A DNA stretch of 64,000 nucleotides from Arenicellales bacterium (lineage in GTDB: Bacteria > Pseudomonadota > Gammaproteobacteria > Arenicellales > Poriferihabitantaceae). Of the stretch, positions 10,021 through 19,617 are shown in pieces (within the stretch, counting starts at the first letter, position 1; each line of letters starts with the position of its first letter). The stretch spans positions 89,122 to 153,121 of the forward strand of contig OY734803.1 in assembly GCA_963457535.1 (NCBI GenBank), in the 5' to 3' direction. The notes under the pieces were generated by a model. That model was not told the origin of the DNA and made no database searches. It worked only from the letters and a program-made list of their open reading frames with translations. The position numbers and the translations under genes are program-made.

Positions 10021-11181
10021 ATGATCCTGCACATTGACATGGACGCGTTCTTCGCCTCGGTGGAGGAGCGCGAGCAGCCGGCGTTGCGCGGCCGCCCGCT
10101 CGCGGTCGGCGGCAGTCCGCGCGCGCGCGGCGTGGTCGCTGCGGCGAATTACGCGGCGCGCGAATTCGGCGTGCGCAGCGCGATGCCGAGCGCGGTGGCG
10201 ATGCGCCGGTGTCCGGAGTTAATTTTGCTGCCGCCGCGCGGAAAACTCTACGCCGAAGTCGGCGCGCAGATTCGCGAAATTTTTCACCGCTACACGCCGG
10301 TGGTGGAGCCGCTTTCGCTGGACGAGGCGTTTCTGGATCCGCGCGGCAGCGAGCGGCTGCACGGCGGCGCGGTGGAGGTGGGGAAGATGATCAAGCGCGA
10401 CATTCGCGATGAACTGCAACTGGTCGCGTCGGTCGGAGTCGCGCCGAACAAGTTTTTGGCGAAGTTGGCGAGCGGGCATGAAAAGCCCGACGGTTTTACC
10501 GTGATCACGCGCGAGGGCGCGCAGGATTTTTTGGACGCGCTGCCGGTCGGGCGAATGTGGGGAGTCGGCAAGTCGGCGCAAAAACGTTTGCATGCCGCGG
10601 ACATTTTTAATGTGCTGCAACTGCGGCGCGCGTCGGAGGAATGGCTGGTGGAAACTTTCGGCGCGCACGGCGCGCGACTGTGGCAACTCGCGCATGGCCG
10701 CGACGCGCGCGAAGTCGCGCCCGACAGTGAAACCAAATCCATTTCGCACGAGACCACTTTCGCCGGCGACATAGATTCGCCGGACGCGCTGCAGGCGGTC
10801 GCGCTGGACTTGAGCGAAAGCGTTTGCTACCGGCTGCGCCGCGCCGGCATGCGCGGGCGGACGGTCACGCTGAAAATTCGCTTTGAAGATTTCTCCACGA
10901 TTACGCGCGCGCGCAGCCTGCCGCGCGCGACCGATTCCACCGACGAAGTGCGGCGCACCGCCGAGAGTTTATTGCGCCGTGAATTGGCGAAAGGTCCGGT
11001 CTCGGTGCGGTTGCTCGGCGTCGGCGTCAGCAATTTTGACGAGGAGGTTGCGCCGCAGGATGATTTGTTTGTGCAGGAAAGTGACGGTGAAAAACGCCGG
11101 ACGCTGGATGCGCTCACCGACAAAATCAAACAGCGTTACGGGAAGGAGGCGCTTCGGCGCGGCAGGGTGCTGTGGAAGTAG
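10021..11181 (+). CDS. dinB: DNA polymerase IV
   Basis: MILHIDMDAFFASVE, SLDEAFLD and NKFLAKLAS..KPDG Y-family motifs. Confidence 0.96.
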   Translation: MILHIDMDAFFASVEEREQPALRGRPLAVGGSPRARGVVAAANYAAREFGVRSAMPSAVAMRRCPELILLPPRGKLYAEVGAQIREIFHRYTPVVEPLSLDEAFLDPRGSERLHGGAVEVGKMIKRDIRDELQLVASVGVAPNKFLAKLASGHEKPDGFTVITREGAQDFLDALPVGRMWGVGKSAQKRLHAADIFNVLQLRRASEEWLVETFGAHGARLWQLAHGRDAREVAPDSETKSISHETTFAGDIDSPDALQAVALDLSESVCYRLRRAGMRGRTVTLKIRFEDFSTITRARSLPRATDSTDEVRRTAESLLRRELAKGPVSVRLLGVGVSNFDEEVAPQDDLFVQESDGEKRRTLDALTDKIKQRYGKEALRRGRVLWK

Positions 11182-12061
11182 CGGGCAATTCGTCCGCATT
11201 TTCGTCCAGCGCGATGTTATCTATCAGGCGCACTCCGCCGATGTGCGCGGCGATTAACGCGCGCGCGTGTTTGGCGCCGCGCAGGGTTTGCGGCGCGTTT
11301 TCGCTCCACCGCGCCGCGTCGCGCACTTCCGCGTATTCCACGCGAATGCGCGCGTCGCGAAGTTGCGCATGCATTAATTCGGAAAACGCGGCCGGGTCGC
11401 GCTCGCCGTCGCGCCAGGCGCGGCGCGCGGCCTGCAATGCGCGGTGCAATTTTGCCGCGGCGCGCAAATCCTCCGCGCCGAGTAGGCGGTTGCGCGACGA
11501 CATTGCCAATCCGGATTCCTCGCGCACAGTCGGGCAGAGAACCACGCGCACATTATCAAGTTGCGCCGCGATGTCGCGCACCACCAGGCACTGCTGAAAA
11601 TCCTTCTCGCCGAAATACGCGGCGCATGCGCCGACCGTCGCAAACAGGCGCTCCACGATTGCGCGCACTCCCGGCAAATGCCCGGGGCGGTGCGCGCCCT
11701 CCAACCCGCGCGCGAACACGCCGGCGTCGCGCGGCGGAAGTTTGCGCGGGTCGGCGCCCGGAAAAAACTGCGCCAATTCGCCGCCGAACACCATCGCGCA
11801 ACCGGCGCGCTCCAGCAATTGCAAATCGCGCGCCTCATCGCGCGGATACTTTTTTAAATCTTCCGGGTCGTTGAACTGCAGCGGATTGACGAAGATGCTG
11901 GCGCAGACAACATCGTTCTCGCGCACCGCGCGCTCCACCAATGAAAGATGCCCGCGATGCAGCGCGCCCATGGTCGGCACATAGCCGAGCGTTCGCTCGT
12001 CGGCGCGCGCGCGCGCGCACCATCGCGCCGCGCTTTGCGGACTGGGCAGCGATTTGATCAC
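11126..12061 (-). CDS. panC: Pantoate--beta-alanine ligase
   Basis: VPTMGALHRGH, SIFVNPLQF, YFGEKDFQQ, GLAMSSRN, RLIDN. Confidence 0.95.
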   Translation of the reverse strand: MIKSLPSPQSAARWCARARADERTLGYVPTMGALHRGHLSLVERAVRENDVVCASIFVNPLQFNDPEDLKKYPRDEARDLQLLERAGCAMVFGGELAQFFPGADPRKLPPRDAGVFARGLEGAHRPGHLPGVRAIVERLFATVGACAAYFGEKDFQQCLVVRDIAAQLDNVRVVLCPTVREESGLAMSSRNRLLGAEDLRAAAKLHRALQAARRAWRDGERDPAAFSELMHAQLRDARIRVEYAEVRDAARWSENAPQTLRGAKHARALIAAHIGGVRLIDNIALDENADELPATSTAPCRAEAPPSRNAV

Positions 12062-12065
12062 CGCG

Positions 12066-12758
12066 TCATTGCGGGGCGGGAGATGCTTTTCCGTTCGCCA
12101 GCCACTCCCAAATCTCCTCCGGATTCGCGACCACCGCATCCGCGCCCCATTCGCGCGGGTCGTCTCCCGGCGCGATGTAGCCGTATGCGGCCGCGAGCGT
12201 GCGCATGCCGGCGCGCCGACCGGACTCAATGTCGCGCGCGTCGTCGCCGATATACACCGCGCGCGCCGCGTCGGCGCCGATGACCTCGCATGCATGCAGC
12301 AATTGGTCGGGCCACGGTTTGCGTTTTTCCAGTGTGTCGCCGCTGACCACGCACGCGCTGCGCTCGGCGAGGCGCATGCCGCACAACAGCGGCTCGGTCA
12401 AAAACCCCGGCTTGTTGGTCACCACTCCCCAGCGCCGTTTGCTGTTTTCAATGCTCGTCAATAATGCATCCATGCCCGGAAACAACCGCGTGTCCGCGCA
12501 CAAATGTCCGCGGTAATGCGCGAGCAATTCGTCATACAGCGGCCGGCCGCGCGCCTCGTCTTCTTCGGCGATGCCAAAGCCGAGCCGCACCAGCGCCATT
12601 CCGCCTTTGGAAACATGCGGGCGAATTTTTTCAAACGGAAGTTGCGCGCGCCGGTGGCGCGCCAAAATCGCGTTGAGCGCGGCCGCCATGTCGCCGGCGG
12701 TGTCCAGAAGAGTGCCGTCCAAATCAAACAGCACGGTGTCAATGCCGTTCGCGTTCAT
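12066..12758 (-). CDS. gph: HAD-family phosphatase (phosphoglycolate phosphatase / MupP-like)
   Basis: FDLDGTLLDT, VVTNK, KPWPD and IGDDARD HAD motifs; follows ubiG as is usual. Confidence 0.85.
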   Translation of the reverse strand: MNANGIDTVLFDLDGTLLDTAGDMAAALNAILARHRRAQLPFEKIRPHVSKGGMALVRLGFGIAEEDEARGRPLYDELLAHYRGHLCADTRLFPGMDALLTSIENSKRRWGVVTNKPGFLTEPLLCGMRLAERSACVVSGDTLEKRKPWPDQLLHACEVIGADAARAVYIGDDARDIESGRRAGMRTLAAAYGYIAPGDDPREWGADAVVANPEEIWEWLANGKASPAPQ

Positions 12759-13492
12759 TCCGTTTCGGTTTTTGGCGCGCCGACTTTTTCGCACCGCAAA
12801 AAATAATTCACCGAAACCCCGGGCCCCAGCGAATAGGTTTTTCGCAGCGGGTTGTAATGCATCCCGATCATGCCGCGCAAGGCCAGCCCGGCGCGCTCGC
12901 ACCACCTCGCCAACTCGCTCGGGCGAATCAGTTTTTCATATTGATGCGTGCCGCGCGGCAGCAATTTCAGCGCGTATTCCGCGCCGACAATCGCGAACAG
13001 AAACGACTTCAAGTTGCGGTTGATCGTGGAGAAATACACCGCCCCGCCCGGCTTCGCCAATTGCGCGCAGGCCGCCACCACACTTTCCGGCCGCGGCACA
13101 TGCTCCAGCAATTCCAGGCAGCACACCACATCCCACCCGGCATTTGATTCCGCGGCCAATTCCTCGGCGGTCATTTGCCGGTATTCCACCTCCGCGCCGC
13201 TTTCCAGCGCATGCAATTGCGCCACCGAAATCGCCGCCTCGCCGGCGTCAATCCCGGTCACCCGCGCCCCGCGCGCCGCCATCGCCTCGCACAACAACCC
13301 GCCGCCGCAGCCGACATCCAGCGCGGATTTTCCGGCGAGCGGAGAGTGTTTGTCAATAAAATCAAGGCGCAGCGGATTTATTTGGTGTAACGGCTTGAAC
13401 TCACTCTCCGCATCCCACCACCGCGCCGCCAACTCGCCGAATTTTTCCACTTCGGCCGGGTCAATGTTGTTGTGGGTGGGGGATGTGGTCAT
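12755..13492 (-). CDS. ubiG: Ubiquinone biosynthesis O-methyltransferase UbiG
   Basis: WWD..SEFKPLHQINPLRL, LDVGCGGG, LLPRGTHQY. Confidence 0.96.
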   Translation of the reverse strand: MTTSPTHNNIDPAEVEKFGELAARWWDAESEFKPLHQINPLRLDFIDKHSPLAGKSALDVGCGGGLLCEAMAARGARVTGIDAGEAAISVAQLHALESGAEVEYRQMTAEELAAESNAGWDVVCCLELLEHVPRPESVVAACAQLAKPGGAVYFSTINRNLKSFLFAIVGAEYALKLLPRGTHQYEKLIRPSELARWCERAGLALRGMIGMHYNPLRKTYSLGPGVSVNYFLRCEKVGAPKTETE

Positions 13493-13650
13493 GGGGAGGC
13501 GGGGAAAGGGGAGAATATACACGAGTAGGGAGTATGCGTTATAATCTGCGGGTCGCTGTGGCGGGAGAGCGGGGGGAGGTGAAGGTGATTGATGAGGAGA
13601 ATAAGGTTTTGGTGGTAAAATCCATTTTCTGACTGTTTGAGTCAAAGACC

Positions 13651-15981
13651 ATGAGCACCGAAACGAAAAATATTGAACGAGCTCTCGCTGGCATGCGGCG
13701 GGAGGTGGATGATTTGCACCCTCACCTTAGGGAGTTCCTGGGAAAAATCGAGGGCGTAAAAAATGTCGAGTACACGCACGGCCCGAACGAGTGGGGAGCG
13801 GATTTTGTGCTGACCGAGTCGGACAGCCTGACTGATGCTACAGCCTATGTGGGTGTCGTGGTCAAAAATGGAACAATCTCTCAGTCTGGAGTTTCCGATG
13901 TGCTGAGGCAAATCGACGAGTGTGGAAAGCCGAGGATGATTTCCAATGGCGCACAGCGCGTCCGTATGGATCGCGTGTGGGTCATTGCGAATGGAACGAT
14001 CAGCAACAACGCAAAAGAGAAAATTCATGATGCCCGCAAGATCGGTGTGAGGTTCACCGACAGGAAAGCGCTGGCTGGATTGATGGCGAAATACAAATAC
14101 AGCCCCAGTGAAGGCTTGCCGACCAGTATCGCCATTTGCTTGGGCAAACAATCCTTACTTGCGAGTGCTTTGAAAAAGGAGTCTATCCCTTTGGGCATCG
14201 TCGGTCAGTCCCCCATTTTCATGGATCAAATGGTGATTCGGCGCGAACCGTCCCAATACGCTCACGAAGGCGCTCGCAAGCGAAAAAATCAAAGCAGCAT
14301 GAAACGAGTCTCCATTCATAATGCGCTGGAAAACAACCGCTCTTTGTTTATCAACGGAGAGCCCGGTTGCGGGAAATCAAAAATGTTGCAGGACATCCTG
14401 GACAGGCATGCCAGTGATGCCGCGTTCCAGAAAACCAAGATGATTCCGATTTTTGTTTCGTGCCAGGACATGCTGGGGAAGCACGATGGCAAGATCTCCA
14501 AAATGCTCGATGAATTTGAACGAGAGCATCGTTTGGGTGAAGCCGAAATCGAGTTTCACTACCTCGTTATCATCGATGGCATCGATGAATGTGGTTTAAC
14601 TCGAGAAGAGCGCATCGATCACATCGCCGAGTGGAAAAAAGAATCCAGTGGTGGAAGGGTGAAGAAGATGGTTTTTGCCAGTCGTGATCACTTTGAAGAA
14701 AAGCGACTGGATATACCTACGTACCGCATTGCACCTTTAAGCATGCGAGAGGTGGTTGCCGCCATTAAAAAAACTTTGGCGGGTGTGGATGTTCTCGACC
14801 GCATCGTTGACGATGTTGTGCGCTCAGACATCTTTCGGTCATTGCCGCAAAACCCTCTTTCGACTGCCATCCTGATCAATCTGTTGCAGGACGAAGAAAG
14901 CATCCGTGAATTGCCGGCGAATTTGACGGAACTTTTCAGCAAGTATGCCGAAGTTTCCCTTGGCCGTTGGGATAAAGATGCGGGGGAGGGCAAAAATCAG
15001 CGTCGGTATGAAGCATCAAATCACATATTGGCGCGTATCGCAACCTACATGCTGGACAACCAATTGCATCAAATTGGTGAAAGTGAGGCACAGAGGTTTT
15101 TTGCGGAGTATTTGGAAGAACGCAATCTGGGCATCGACCCGGTCGAACTGTTCGACCGGGTCGTGGAAAAGTCAAATCTGGTATTTCTGCATGATGGGAT
15201 TTTCCGTTTCCGTCATCGAACGATTGCTGAGTTCTTTTACTCCAAAAGTTTCTCGAACTCAAAAATCGACGATCTTGGCGAATATGTCTTCGACGTGCAG
15301 TGGGCAACCATTCTGTTTTTTCATGTCGGGGCAAAAAAAGATTGCCCGAAATTGCTTGAAAAAATCAATGCTATTCGCCCCCAACAAGAAGGTGGGAAGA
15401 TCATGAAGGCAATAAATATGGCCAATATCTTGTTGGCCGGCTATGCAACGCCCTATGCTTGCATTCAGAAAGTGTTGCAGTCAGTTTTCATCGATACTTC
15501 GATCTATGCAGAGTCTGTGATTGGTGGAAAAATGAAAGATTCTGCATTGGCGAGGCTCAGCATTATGCATGTGCTTGCTTTTTTCCGAATCGTCATGGAC
15601 TACGAGTACTCGCGCCCGTTTTTTAAGCAGGCGATCGAGGAGAGTTTGAACCAAATTGAAGGTTTGGACATCGACGACAATGTGAAGGCAGCGTCTCTTT
15701 TCCTGATCAGCCTTGCCCATCGGTCTCTTGGTGGCGAGAACATTTTTTCCGGAATGATCGAGAAACTCGGGAACCGTATTCCCGCGCACATCCAGCTCGC
15801 CATCAACCATGAGACAGATTACCTGCGTCAAGTGGGGAAAGATGTCAAAAAATTCAAAAGGTCGGTTAAAAGGCGTTTGCTGAGCGCAGACAAACGATCT
15901 GTCGGCCGTGGTGGTCGTGTGCATGACTTGTACACGAAAGAAATTCGTTACTTGCCGAAGAGCAAGGATGAAGATCGCTAA
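13651..15981 (+). CDS. NACHT/STAND NTPase with N-terminal Mrr-like restriction-endonuclease-fold domain (putative anti-phage NLR-like protein)
   Basis: N-terminal HGPNEWGADF...VGVVVK nuclease-like motif; Walker A GEPGCGKS; Walker B LVIIDGIDE; NPLS; winged-helix FRFRHRTIAEFF. Visibly lower GC than the flanks. Confidence 0.78.
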   Translation: MSTETKNIERALAGMRREVDDLHPHLREFLGKIEGVKNVEYTHGPNEWGADFVLTESDSLTDATAYVGVVVKNGTISQSGVSDVLRQIDECGKPRMISNGAQRVRMDRVWVIANGTISNNAKEKIHDARKIGVRFTDRKALAGLMAKYKYSPSEGLPTSIAICLGKQSLLASALKKESIPLGIVGQSPIFMDQMVIRREPSQYAHEGARKRKNQSSMKRVSIHNALENNRSLFINGEPGCGKSKMLQDILDRHASDAAFQKTKMIPIFVSCQDMLGKHDGKISKMLDEFEREHRLGEAEIEFHYLVIIDGIDECGLTREERIDHIAEWKKESSGGRVKKMVFASRDHFEEKRLDIPTYRIAPLSMREVVAAIKKTLAGVDVLDRIVDDVVRSDIFRSLPQNPLSTAILINLLQDEESIRELPANLTELFSKYAEVSLGRWDKDAGEGKNQRRYEASNHILARIATYMLDNQLHQIGESEAQRFFAEYLEERNLGIDPVELFDRVVEKSNLVFLHDGIFRFRHRTIAEFFYSKSFSNSKIDDLGEYVFDVQWATILFFHVGAKKDCPKLLEKINAIRPQQEGGKIMKAINMANILLAGYATPYACIQKVLQSVFIDTSIYAESVIGGKMKDSALARLSIMHVLAFFRIVMDYEYSRPFFKQAIEESLNQIEGLDIDDNVKAASLFLISLAHRSLGGENIFSGMIEKLGNRIPAHIQLAINHETDYLRQVGKDVKKFKRSVKRRLLSADKRSVGRGGRVHDLYTKEIRYLPKSKDEDR

Positions 15982-16025
15982 AGCGGCGAAACTCTCTGGC
16001 TGCCGAAGTTTGCTGACGCGTCCGA

Positions 16026-17363
16026 CTACTTTTTCCCCGCCCGAATCCTCTCCCCCCATTCCACCGCTTTGCGCGTGATTTCTTCCTGATTTAGCGTGGT
16101 CAGGCGGCGCGACTCCATGAGGCGCTGGCCGGCGACCCATACGTCGGTTACTTGGTCGCGGGTGGCCGCGTAGGCGAGTTGGGCGGGGGCGTGGTAGAGG
16201 GGCTGGGTGGAGGGGGCCGAGAGGTCTATGGCGATCATGTCGGCTTGTTTGCCGGGGGCGAGGGTGCCGATTTCGGATTCCAGGCCGAGCGCGCGCGCGC
16301 CGTTGATGGTGGCGGCTTGCAGCGCGGCGCGGGCCGAGAGCGCGGACGGGTCGCCGCTGACGCCTTTGGCGAGCAGCGAGGCGGTTTGCATTTCGGCGAG
16401 CATGTCCAGGTCGTTGTTGCCGGAGGCGCCGTCGGTGCCGATTGCGACGCACACTTCGCGCGACTGCAGTTGCGCGACCTGGCACATGCCGCTGGCGAGT
16501 TTTAAATTGGACTGCGGGCAGTGCACGACTTTGACATCGTGCTCGGCGAGCGCGTCCATTTCGCCGGGCAGGAGTTGCGTCATGTGCACGGCAATCAGGC
16601 CGGGTCCGAGCAGTTCCAGTTGCGCCAGCCGCTCCAGCGGGCGCATTTTGAATTGCGACAGGGATTTTTCCACTTCGCCGGCGGTTTCGTGAATGTGCAT
16701 GTGAATGCGGCAGTCGCCGGATTCGCCGGACATTTCCTCGGCGAGCACGCGGATTTTTGCGAGCGGCTCGTCGGAGACGGTGTAGGGCGCGTGCGGGGCG
16801 AAGGCGGTGGTGACCAGTTGCGAATGGCGCAACTCGTCGCGCAACTTTAAGCCTTTGTCAATGTATTCGTCGGCCGACTGCGCCCATACCGTGGGGAGGT
16901 CAATGACGATCATGCCGATGCTGGCGCGCATGCCGGCCGCTTCGGCGCGCTCGGCCGCGACATCGGGGAAGAAATACATGTCGTTGAAACAGGTGGTGCC
17001 GCCGCGGATCATTTCGGCGATGGCCAGGTCGGTGCCGGCCGCGACGAAGTCTTCATTCACCCAGGCGGCCTCGGCCGGCCAGATATGCTCGGTCAGCCAT
17101 TCCATCAGCGGCAGGTCGTCGGCGTAGCCGCGCAGCAATGTCATCGCGGCGTGGGTGTGCGCGTTGACCAGGCCGGGCATCAACGCATGCGCGGGCAGTT
17201 CCACGCGCTCGCGCGCGCGGTATTGCGCTTCCATTTCGGCGCGCGCGCCGAGCGCGGCGATGCGCCCGTCGGCGATCGCGAGCGCGCGGTCTTCGGTTTC
17301 CGCGTCTTCGCCTTCAAGCGAAAGCAGCCAGCGCGGCAGAACGAGCAGGTCAACTTCTTTCAT
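16026..17363 (-). CDS. mtaD: TRZ/ATZ-family amidohydrolase (MTA/SAH deaminase-like)
   Basis: PGLVNAHTH, HMHIHET, VHMTQ, HCPQSNLKLASG and GTDGASGNN metal motifs. Confidence 0.88.
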   Translation of the reverse strand: MKEVDLLVLPRWLLSLEGEDAETEDRALAIADGRIAALGARAEMEAQYRARERVELPAHALMPGLVNAHTHAAMTLLRGYADDLPLMEWLTEHIWPAEAAWVNEDFVAAGTDLAIAEMIRGGTTCFNDMYFFPDVAAERAEAAGMRASIGMIVIDLPTVWAQSADEYIDKGLKLRDELRHSQLVTTAFAPHAPYTVSDEPLAKIRVLAEEMSGESGDCRIHMHIHETAGEVEKSLSQFKMRPLERLAQLELLGPGLIAVHMTQLLPGEMDALAEHDVKVVHCPQSNLKLASGMCQVAQLQSREVCVAIGTDGASGNNDLDMLAEMQTASLLAKGVSGDPSALSARAALQAATINGARALGLESEIGTLAPGKQADMIAIDLSAPSTQPLYHAPAQLAYAATRDQVTDVWVAGQRLMESRRLTTLNQEEITRKAVEWGERIRAGKK

Positions 17364-17372
17364 AGTTGGCGG

Positions 17373-18206
17373 TTAATTTTTTGCGGCCGCGTTGTTGCCG
17401 ATGTGGCGCTTCAACTCGCGCAGCACGCCGTGCGGAGATTCGGACATGATGCTGTGCCCGCATTTTTCCAAAAAAACGATTTCGGCGTTGTCATTTTTTG
17501 CGGCGTGCGCGGCCGCGAGTTTTGCCGGCGCCATGCGGTCGCGGCGGCCGCACAAAAACAGCACCGGGCAGGAGACGCGCGCGAATGCGTCCTCGCCGCC
17601 GGTATAGGCGTGGCATGCGCGCAAGTCGGCGAGCAGCGCGCCGTCATGGCTGCCGGACATCATGCTGAACTGCATGCCCGGCGACCAAAACCCGGGAACC
17701 GGTTCGCCGCCGAGTTGCGAGGCGTGGCTCCACTGCGTCATCATCGCATAGGCCTCGGCCGGGCGTTCGCGCGCGGCCTCAAACAGCGCGTCGCTGACCG
17801 CCATCGGATAACTGAAACCGACCAGCGTCAGCGAGCAAAGCGGCGCGCGGTCATGCTTAAAACACGCCGCGGTTTCCAGCGCGGCCAGCGCGCCCATGCT
17901 GTGGCCGACCAAATGAAAACCGCGGCCGCGCGCGCCGGCGAGGAGGCCGCACAGCCAGTCGGCGAGTTCGCCGATGTCTTCAAAAGGATTGCCGCCGCTG
18001 CGCCCGTGGCCGGGCAAATCCGGCGCGAGCGCGTTGTAGCCGTGATAGGCGAAGTAGCGGCTCTGGTGGCTCCACACCGAATGTTCCATCGCCGCGCCGT
18101 GCACGAACACCACGCTGTCGCGCGAATCCTCGGGCGCGTGATTTGCGGTGTAGATGTAAGGCGCGGCCGGCTCTTTGGTTTTCGCGGAGGTTTTCGCCGA
18201 AGTCAT
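17373..18206 (-). CDS. Alpha/beta hydrolase
   Basis: FVHGA, DLPGHGRS, GHSMG nucleophile elbow, C-terminal GH. Confidence 0.88.
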   Translation of the reverse strand: MTSAKTSAKTKEPAAPYIYTANHAPEDSRDSVVFVHGAAMEHSVWSHQSRYFAYHGYNALAPDLPGHGRSGGNPFEDIGELADWLCGLLAGARGRGFHLVGHSMGALAALETAACFKHDRAPLCSLTLVGFSYPMAVSDALFEAARERPAEAYAMMTQWSHASQLGGEPVPGFWSPGMQFSMMSGSHDGALLADLRACHAYTGGEDAFARVSCPVLFLCGRRDRMAPAKLAAAHAAKNDNAEIVFLEKCGHSIMSESPHGVLRELKRHIGNNAAAKN

Positions 18207-19504
18207 CCGCGCGCCTTTTTGGACAGGTGAATGCCGCGCGATAGATCTTCCAGAATGTCGTCAATGTCTTCCAAGCCGATGGACAGGCGAATCGTGCCCT
18301 GGTTGATGCCGGCCGCGCGCAGGTCGTCGTCGCTCATGCGGTAATGCGTGGTGCTCGCCGGGTGAATCACCAGCGATTTGGCGTCTCCGACATTGGCGAG
18401 GTGGGAGAACACTTCCAAGCCCTCGGCGAAAGCGCGCCCGGCTTCGCGCCCGCCGCGCAGGGTGAAACAGAACACCGCGCCGGCGCCGCGCGGCAGCAAT
18501 TTTTGCGCCAGCGAAAAATCCGGGTGGCTTTCCAGTTCGGCGTAACTGATGTCCTCCACCGCGTCGGATTTTTGCAAAAACTCCACGACCGCGCGGGTGT
18601 TCTCCACATGGCGGCGCATGCGCAGCGACAGCGTTTCCATTCCCTGCAAAATGTGGAACGCGGTGGTCGGGCTCATGCAAGCGCCGAAATCGCGCAACCC
18701 TTCGCGCCGCGCGCGCAGCAGGAACGCGGCCTGGGTGGATTCCTCGTCAAAACGCATGCCGTGGAAGCCGTCGTAAGGCGCGGACAGCGTGTCAAAGCGG
18801 CCGCTCGCCTTCCAATCAAAGCGGCCGTGGTCGGCGAGCAGTCCGCCGATGACGGTGCCGTGCCCGCACAAAAATTTGGTCGCCGAATGCATGATGATGT
18901 CGGCGCCGTGAAGAAAAGGCTGAAACAAATACGGCGTGGTGAAAGTGGAGTCAATCAAAAGCGGCAGGCCGTGTTCGTGCGCCAACTCGGCGACCAGCGG
19001 CACATTCATGATGTCGCCGCCGGGGTTGCCGACCACTTCGCCGAAAATCAGCCGCGTCTCCGGGCGAATCGCGGCGCGAATCGCGTCTATGTCGCGCGGC
19101 GAAACGAAAGTGGTGTTGATGCCGAAGCGCGGCAGCGTGTATTGCAGGATGTTGTGCGAGCCGCCGTAAATCGCGTTGGACGAGACGATGTGCGCGCCGG
19201 CGCCCATCAAGGTGGCGATGGCGAGGTGCAGCGCGGCCTGTCCGCTGGCGGTGGCGATGCCGCCGACGCCGCCTTCCAGCGCGGCGATGCGCTCCTCCAG
19301 CACCGCGTTGGTCGGGTTGGACAGCCGCGAATAGGCGTGCCCGGGGCGCTCCATGTTGAACAGCGAGGCCGCGTGCTCGCTGTCGTCAAAGACATAACTC
19401 GCGGTTTGGTAGATCGGCGTGGCGCGCGCGCCGGTCAGCGGATCGGGGCGCTGCCCGGCATGCAGCGCGAGCGTGTCAAAGCGGGTTTTGGTGGGGCGCG
19501 GCAT
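18203..19504 (-). CDS. metY: O-acetylhomoserine aminocarboxypropyltransferase (sulfhydrylase)
   Basis: YSRLSNPT, HSATKFLCGHG PLP lysine, HLANVGDAKSLVIHPASTTH. Confidence 0.88.
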   Translation of the reverse strand: MPRPTKTRFDTLALHAGQRPDPLTGARATPIYQTASYVFDDSEHAASLFNMERPGHAYSRLSNPTNAVLEERIAALEGGVGGIATASGQAALHLAIATLMGAGAHIVSSNAIYGGSHNILQYTLPRFGINTTFVSPRDIDAIRAAIRPETRLIFGEVVGNPGGDIMNVPLVAELAHEHGLPLLIDSTFTTPYLFQPFLHGADIIMHSATKFLCGHGTVIGGLLADHGRFDWKASGRFDTLSAPYDGFHGMRFDEESTQAAFLLRARREGLRDFGACMSPTTAFHILQGMETLSLRMRRHVENTRAVVEFLQKSDAVEDISYAELESHPDFSLAQKLLPRGAGAVFCFTLRGGREAGRAFAEGLEVFSHLANVGDAKSLVIHPASTTHYRMSDDDLRAAGINQGTIRLSIGLEDIDDILEDLSRGIHLSKKARG

Positions 19505-19617
19505 GGGTCTTGCAATTCAATGCCGCGCCATTGTAAAGGAAAACGCAATCGGCTATTATCGCGGTCGCGCCGCGCCTTTTTCGCGGCGTTTCCCGCATGT
19601 TAAAAATCCCACGGAAA

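Noticed and set aside
11126-11181. 56-bp convergent overlap of dinB and panC 3' ends
   Set aside because: Simple stop-codon drift in a compact GC-rich genome; no further signal.
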